Positions 59,152 to 64,000 of a stretch of DNA of 64,000 nucleotides are shown piece by piece. Source of the stretch: a virus. The notes beneath the pieces are model-generated. The model did no database searches. It had not been told where the DNA came from and worked only from the letters and a program-made list of their open reading frames with translations. A program made the translations under genes and the position numbers. Every line of letters begins with the position of its first letter. Position 1 is the stretch's first letter. The stretch covers positions 21,751-85,750 of IMG/VR virus record IMGVR_UViG_3300025767_001103; one strand, written 5' to 3'.

Positions 59152-59433
59152 TTATTTGTACTTTAAATGTGGACATGCTAACATGAAATAACTCATATCT
59201 TTTGTCTCTTCAAACCCAACAGTTAATACTTGTACTAACTTATTTTCGCTGTCTAGGCTTACGTTCTTACCAGCATAAAATCTATGCTTTAGATGTTGTC
59301 TAATCCACTTAACTAAACTTTCTTCTAAATTGTAAGTCATAGGTAAGTTAACGTACTCGAAGTGAGGCGGCGCTGATTTAACTTGCCTCACTTCAAATAC
59401 ATTTAATGGATTAGGTGTTCTATTTTTTATCAT
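59152..59433 (-). CDS. Hypothetical protein
   Basis: 93 aa; ATGA overlap with the VWA gene. Confidence 0.7.
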   Translation of the reverse strand: MIKNRTPNPLNVFEVRQVKSAPPHFEYVNLPMTYNLEESLVKWIRQHLKHRFYAGKNVSLDSENKLVQVLTVGFEETKDMSYFMLACPHLKYK

Positions 59434-60740
59434 GCAGCCGCATCGTAGTGTACTGAGGTACCAAACGGTCCTTCCAAGTTTTTATCTCTATTCGAGTGGA
59501 TAACAAACACTGTGTCGCAATAGTCTGGATCACCCCAGCTATCCCAAGCATAGCCATCTGTAAACATAATGAGCTTCTTAGGAACATAGTCTTGTTCTTT
59601 CATGTATGTCCAGTTAGCCATAAAGTCAGTACCGCCGCCGCCCATCAGTTGATAGTCCAGCAAGTCCTTGCCATCGTTTGCAGCAAAATCTTCTTCATTG
59701 TATACGTCTGTGTCAAAGCACCATACTTTAATATTATAATCTGGAAACTCTTCCATGATGCCTTTGACTTCGCCTAGAAAGTCTTTGCCTTGTACTTCGC
59801 CAATTGATCCACTCATGTCTATGCAAACTGCAACATCGATAGTATCTTGGAAGTCCATGCTAGGTAAAACTGCGCCGCTCATTTGTCCTTTTCGTGAAGG
59901 ACGACTAAAGGTATAATCACTTCTAATTGAACTTTGTACTGACTGACGAATAATTTCTCGCCAGTTCATCTTAGGCTCAGTAAGTTCTTTGATCATACGT
60001 GCAACAGCACCAGGAACATTACCTGCCCCTGCGCTCTGTGCCGCCGAAATCATGTTTTCTTTGATCTCGTCTTTGATCTGCTTCATATCTTCTTTAGAAT
60101 ATTTAGGCTTGCGTTTACTTGTAGCGTTGCCGTTGCCATCTTCGCCATCTTCGCTGTCACTGCTGCCTTCGTTGTCACTGTCCATGTCTAGGTGCTCGTC
60201 TAGCATTTCGCCAAGTTGCTTTAAGTACTCTTCACCGTTCTTTTTAGCTTCTTCGTAGACGTCGTCGTATACTTCTTCGCTTGTCCATCCTTCGTATTTA
60301 AAGTCTTGATAGCAGTCTACAATGCTTGGAATTTGTCCAATACGGTCACGTACTAGTGTATTGTTTACAATATAGTCTGCGCTAATGTTATAAATCATAG
60401 GATTACGATCTTCTCTGCGTCCTAGATGATCAAATACCATATGCAAAATTTCGTGTGCAACAACGAACTCAATTTCTTTATTGTTCATTGCATTAAAAAA
60501 TTGTGTGTTGTAGTACAAGCTACGACCATCCACTGCGGCAGTACCTAGCCAATCATCGGCAGCAACAATCTTTAAACGTGTAGCCATGTTGCCAAAGAAA
60601 GGATGACGCAATAGCAACCCAATACGTGCCGTAATAATACGGTCCATAACTTCTACACGCATCTCTTCTAATGCTTCAGGTGTAATATCTGGGTCCGGAG
60701 TAAAGTTTTTTAGTTTACTTTGTGTATCTTTAGTAGCCAT
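59430..60740 (-). CDS. DUF2201-type metallopeptidase-like / VWA domain protein
   Basis: HEILH (HExxH), acidic linker, DMSGS MIDAS, GGGGTDF and FTDG. Confidence 0.88.
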   Translation of the reverse strand: MATKDTQSKLKNFTPDPDITPEALEEMRVEVMDRIITARIGLLLRHPFFGNMATRLKIVAADDWLGTAAVDGRSLYYNTQFFNAMNNKEIEFVVAHEILHMVFDHLGRREDRNPMIYNISADYIVNNTLVRDRIGQIPSIVDCYQDFKYEGWTSEEVYDDVYEEAKKNGEEYLKQLGEMLDEHLDMDSDNEGSSDSEDGEDGNGNATSKRKPKYSKEDMKQIKDEIKENMISAAQSAGAGNVPGAVARMIKELTEPKMNWREIIRQSVQSSIRSDYTFSRPSRKGQMSGAVLPSMDFQDTIDVAVCIDMSGSIGEVQGKDFLGEVKGIMEEFPDYNIKVWCFDTDVYNEEDFAANDGKDLLDYQLMGGGGTDFMANWTYMKEQDYVPKKLIMFTDGYAWDSWGDPDYCDTVFVIHSNRDKNLEGPFGTSVHYDAAA

Positions 60741-60770
60741 CGCATTACCCTTTTGTTAACTTATACATAC

Positions 60771-60799
60771 AGTATAGCACCGAAATGCTATACTGTCAA
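60771..60799 (-). promoter_or_regulatory. Sigma70 promoter embedded in an 11-bp inverted repeat
   Basis: On -: TTGACA (60799-60794), 17 nt, TATACT (60776-60771). Confidence 0.85.
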
Positions 60800-60810
60800 C
60801 CATTATTATA

Positions 60811-61896
60811 TTAAACTCCTTGAGCAGCCTTAATATACTTGCCATAACGCTCGTGGAATTCATCAAAACATTCAACTTCGTCTGGATCAATTGGAAGACC
60901 GTATTGTGTAAGTGCAAGTTTAATGCCCATAACAACAAGTTCAGTATCAAAATTGTCCATTGAAAAGCGCAAGAAGTTGTTCACTTTGTCATCGAACTTC
61001 TTATCGCCATTGTCGCATGCTTCTTTAAGCTCGTAGCACAACGACACAGTCAAAGAGTACATAGCACTAATCTCTTTAGACTTCATTTCTTTTACTTTGC
61101 CTGCAAGAATGTCAGTTGGGTTAGGCATGCTAGACGCAACTTTGCGGTGTGCCATAAACTTAACAGCAAGACCTTCGCCTACTGCACCTGCTACAAGATC
61201 TGTAGTAGTATTGTCGTCTAGATCATCTTCTAGCAATTCGCTAACAAAACTCCAGCTACGTGGAGTAGCAAACGAGCGGCTTGGACTTTTGGGATCAAAG
61301 TCATACAAGTCTTTTTTGCTAAATGTCAGGTACCCAACTACATCTGTGTGTATTTTATTAGTTACACTCCATTGGAACCAGTCATCAAAGTTAACAGCAA
61401 GTTCTAAGTGGATAAAGCGGTTAGCCAACGGAGCAGGCATACGATATGTAACGCCCTTGTCTGCTTCACGGTTACCTGCCGCAACAATCATAACATTGTC
61501 TGGCAATTTGTACTGTCCTACACGGCGGTTAAGAATAAGCTGATATGCTGCCGCTTGCACACTAGGCGCCGCCGAGTTCATTTCGTCTAAGAAAAGTACA
61601 ATGTTGTCATACTGTGCCGCAAACTCTTCGCTCGGAAGTTCACTAGGTGCGCCCCACACCATTGTACCTGAGTTGCTGTCGAAGTAGGGAATACCTTTAA
61701 TATCTGTAGGTTCCCAAAGCGACAAACGAATGTCGATTAAGTGTGAATTGGAAAAGCCGTCAGTAATCTGACGTACAATGTCTGATTTACCAATACCTGG
61801 AGGACCCCATAGGAAGATTGGTCGCTTCTTTTTAAGAGCATGTTTGATGCTTGCTTTTGCGCTATTTGGACTAACTGTGCGAGTTGACGTATCCAT
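60811..61896 (-). CDS. MoxR-like AAA+ ATPase
   Basis: GPPGIGKS Walker A, LFLDEMN Walker B, AAGN, LANRF and TPRSW; adjacent to a VWA partner. Confidence 0.92.
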   Translation of the reverse strand: MDTSTRTVSPNSAKASIKHALKKKRPIFLWGPPGIGKSDIVRQITDGFSNSHLIDIRLSLWEPTDIKGIPYFDSNSGTMVWGAPSELPSEEFAAQYDNIVLFLDEMNSAAPSVQAAAYQLILNRRVGQYKLPDNVMIVAAGNREADKGVTYRMPAPLANRFIHLELAVNFDDWFQWSVTNKIHTDVVGYLTFSKKDLYDFDPKSPSRSFATPRSWSFVSELLEDDLDDNTTTDLVAGAVGEGLAVKFMAHRKVASSMPNPTDILAGKVKEMKSKEISAMYSLTVSLCYELKEACDNGDKKFDDKVNNFLRFSMDNFDTELVVMGIKLALTQYGLPIDPDEVECFDEFHERYGKYIKAAQGV

Positions 61897-61942
61897 AATG
61901 TATTCCCTCTTTGTTTCAGTGCATTATTTAAACTATACATAT

Positions 61943-61970
61943 ATAATAACACATTTACAGTATTTGTCAA
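61943..61970 (-). promoter_or_regulatory. Sigma70-type promoter for the AAA+ gene
   Basis: On -: TTGACA (61970-61965), 16 nt, TATTAT preceded by TGn; A-rich sequence upstream. Confidence 0.7.
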
Positions 61971-62008
61971 CTATTTTTTAAAAAAAGAACCTGTTTAAAA
62001 ACAATAAC

Positions 62009-62392
62009 TTAGGATTTTTTTTGCCTAGTAACTGCTTTTGTTAACCCATATTTGCGCAAATCGCCACTAAAAAGAGTGAGTTCAACTGCTTTCTTTTCGT
62101 TTGTTACAACAATACTTCTATTAGTTAGATAGTATGGACAGTCAATAAACTTGTCAAGATGAATGATTACTTGAGTAGATAATGGCACATCTCTCGGATA
62201 TGGTATGTCATATGTTGTCAAGTCTATTAGAGTTAGTACATCGAATCCTGCTTCTGTTAAACGCAATCCGCCTTCGCCCTTTTCTCTATTGTTTTTCCAC
62301 CATAGAGGCATATATTCTGCAACAGTAATATCGTTAGTGCTTTTACCGAGTTCTTTTAAAAAGAGCTTAGTATAAGTCTCTTTCCAGTTCAT
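62009..62392 (-). CDS. Hypothetical protein
   Basis: 127 aa; ATGA overlap with the upstream gene. Confidence 0.7.
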   Translation of the reverse strand: MNWKETYTKLFLKELGKSTNDITVAEYMPLWWKNNREKGEGGLRLTEAGFDVLTLIDLTTYDIPYPRDVPLSTQVIIHLDKFIDCPYYLTNRSIVVTNEKKAVELTLFSGDLRKYGLTKAVTRQKKS

Positions 62393-62679
62393 TCTTCTAT
62401 AACCAATTCACCATCAGTAAGTTTATATACTGTAAAGTCTTGGCACTTAAACATTTCGTTTAATTTTTTAGCAAGATTGTGTGCATGCCCTGGATTAGAG
62501 AAACTAACTTTCTTATATTTAGGACCGGGATAATTTGTAAGTGCATTTGCACTTTTAAGGTTAAACGGTTTCTCTTTATAAAACACAGCCCAAATAGCAT
62601 CTGCTTCTAATACTTGTTCGCTTTTATAGGTCTTACTATTAATGTTTTCTAAAATAACTGTTGGCTTTGGTCTGCTCAT
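62389..62679 (-). CDS. Hypothetical protein
   Basis: 96 aa (MSRPKP...); SD AAAGGA. Confidence 0.75.
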   Translation of the reverse strand: MSRPKPTVILENINSKTYKSEQVLEADAIWAVFYKEKPFNLKSANALTNYPGPKYKKVSFSNPGHAHNLAKKLNEMFKCQDFTVYKLTDGELVIEE

Positions 62680-62715
62680 ATGCGTAATCCTTTTAATTAA
62701 CTACGCATATATTTA
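62678..62715 (-). promoter_or_regulatory. Start-codon-sequestering hairpin overlapping a late-type promoter
   Basis: ATATGCGTA/TACGCATAT perfect 9-bp inverted repeat (62678-62686, 62702-62710) with TAAATA at 62715-62710. Confidence 0.65.
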
Positions 62716-62739
62716 TCTTTTTAAAAGTTATCTACGCAC

Positions 62740-62982
62740 TTAAAATTTAGAACCGCCATCTAAATTAATTTGAATAACTTCATCGTCATTGGTCTTAGAC
62801 TGTGCAACTAATAGTTCAAGATCACCGTGTAAGCGACTCATAACACTACCCAGTGTAAATGCTAGAGTCTTTGCAGTAGTAATGTCTAGCTTAACTTCTC
62901 TCGCACGACTTTGTTCAGCAGCCTTTACAGCATTAAAAAACTGCTGTAAAGGGATAGTGTTTAATGGTTCAAGATTTGACAC
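62740..62982 (-). CDS. Hypothetical protein
   Basis: GTG 62982 preceded by GAGGAG is the likelier start than 62997. Confidence 0.65.
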   Translation of the reverse strand: MSNLEPLNTIPLQQFFNAVKAAEQSRAREVKLDITTAKTLAFTLGSVMSRLHGDLELLVAQSKTNDDEVIQINLDGGSKF

Positions 62983-63445
62983 GTCGAAGCTCCTCACGCA
63001 TTTCTAGTTCTGTTTTAAAAGGACCTTTACTTTTATTTCGTTCAATTGTAATTAATTTAGGACAAAAACTCTTAACCCAACCTTTTTCAAATTCGATAAC
63101 ATAATATCCTGCACAGTATGCACTTTTAGACTTGTTACTTTTAGTAAATAACGGCAGTTTACGTTTTACATCGTACATTGTGTTGTGTGGTTCGACACTA
63201 GTTGGAAATCCGTGTACAACAAAATTTTTATTATTTGATTTTGTTAATTCAGGTGTTACATCTGTCCATACAATGTCCGCGCCGAACTTTTTCTTCATCT
63301 GTCTTTTATTGTCAAAGAAACAAGTTTCAATACGACTACTAAACATATAACGATCATCACTATAAGACATAGTGCCGATACGTTCTTCGTTATTTTCTAC
63401 AATCCAAAATTTATCTTTAACTACAGATTTTGCTTTTAATGTCAT
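62969..63445 (-). CDS. Hypothetical protein
   Basis: Start moved to ATG 63445 (ATGA overlap with the exonuclease stop). Confidence 0.7.
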   Translation of the reverse strand: MTLKAKSVVKDKFWIVENNEERIGTMSYSDDRYMFSSRIETCFFDNKRQMKKKFGADIVWTDVTPELTKSNNKNFVVHGFPTSVEPHNTMYDVKRKLPLFTKSNKSKSAYCAGYYVIEFEKGWVKSFCPKLITIERNKSKGPFKTELEMREELRRVKS

Positions 63446-63999
63446 ACAGGATACCTCGCTTGTAATGGTGCAGCATATGTCTGTGCCTGGTCTGCAATAC
63501 GTTGCATATCCCACTTAGCACAGAACTTCATAAGACGCATGCCTACTTGACTAATGTCTTTAGGCTTTGCGTGTTCTGCAATAGTGTTATTAATTATCTC
63601 TCTAATGTCTGCAGGTTGTGCAGTCAAATCACACAGTACAACATTGCGGTTATAATCATCTAGTACACGGTGTTCTACACCTTCGTGATCAGTCCAGCGT
63701 TGTAGCATCATGTTATTCCAGTTGTAGCCTTTAGTGCCTTTGTCTTCGTATGCTTCAATAAGACCAACTTTGTTCTTAGTGCCTTTCTTACGTACACCAG
63801 GATAAGCACTAAACACATTATCACTAGTATCGCCACGCATACACTTTTCAAACAACATAAAGTCAGGCTGCGGCGCAGGCTTAATCTCTTGTGTCTTCTT
63901 TTCAATAACAGGCGATCCATCGTCGTTAAAGTAGCCTTTGTCTGTAATAGTTACATTAGCAACACCATTGTATTGTTTTACGTTAGGTGCAACTAGTTG
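63442..63999 (-). CDS. 5'-3' exonuclease / T4 RNase H-like flap nuclease, 5'-truncated by the window
   Basis: Frame is open to the window end (QLVAPNVKQYNG...); RGDTSDNV..YPGV helix-3-turn-helix motif and N..L.DL. Confidence 0.82.
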   Translation of the reverse strand, partial: QLVAPNVKQYNGVANVTITDKGYFNDDGSPVIEKKTQEIKPAPQPDFMLFEKCMRGDTSDNVFSAYPGVRKKGTKNKVGLIEAYEDKGTKGYNWNNMMLQRWTDHEGVEHRVLDDYNRNVVLCDLTAQPADIREIINNTIAEHAKPKDISQVGMRLMKFCAKWDMQRIADQAQTYAAPLQARYPV

Positions 64000-64000
64000 A

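Noticed and set aside
3377-63920. The many short (60-150 aa) ORFs antisense to or nested in long genes in the ORF track
   Set aside because: They lie within well-supported genes and show no SD or recognisable motifs; treated as shadow ORFs.
1-64000. Stop-codon recoding, introns/inteins, tRNA, CRISPR array, integrase or transposase
   Set aside because: Genes tile densely in the standard code with TAA, TAG and TGA all used as stops; intergenic gaps are about 110 nt or less and no such signatures were recognised by eye.

Overview
AT-rich, gene-dense segment of a large tailed-phage (jumbo or T4-like myovirus-type) genome in the standard genetic code. No rRNA, tRNA, CRISPR array or mobile element was recognised. 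Three zones. (1) 1-16.6 kb, + strand: virion module with a >2,800-aa baseplate-type protein (cut by the window start), three tail-fibre-like proteins sharing an N-terminal domain, and two paralogous structural proteins. (2) 16.7-56.5 kb: a ~40-kb, ~45-gene enzyme island with 11 radical SAM proteins (four with N-terminal twitch domains, one cobalamin-type, two with an MJ0619/Tes-like N-terminus), about 12 2OG-Fe(II) oxygenase-fold proteins, about six glycosyltransferase-like proteins, three SGNH proteins, an NDP-sugar epimerase, methyl- and acetyltransferases, a QueC-like ATPase, two kinase-fold proteins lacking catalytic residues, a flavin halogenase homologue and a minimal adenylation enzyme. 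Its right half flips strand in short blocks that begin at back-to-back TAA(A/G)TA late-type promoter hexamers, often exactly 5 nt before a leaderless ATG, and mostly end in shared 4-bp stop overlaps. (3) 56.6-64 kb, - strand: an Mtd-N-type fibre, hypothetical genes, a MoxR-like AAA+/VWA pair with sigma70 promoters, and a 5'-3' exonuclease cut by the window end. The best candidate for an undescribed system is the island, inferred to be a phage-encoded glycan-building and tailoring pathway, plausibly acting on the virion. All family calls come from motifs read by eye; no database search was run.
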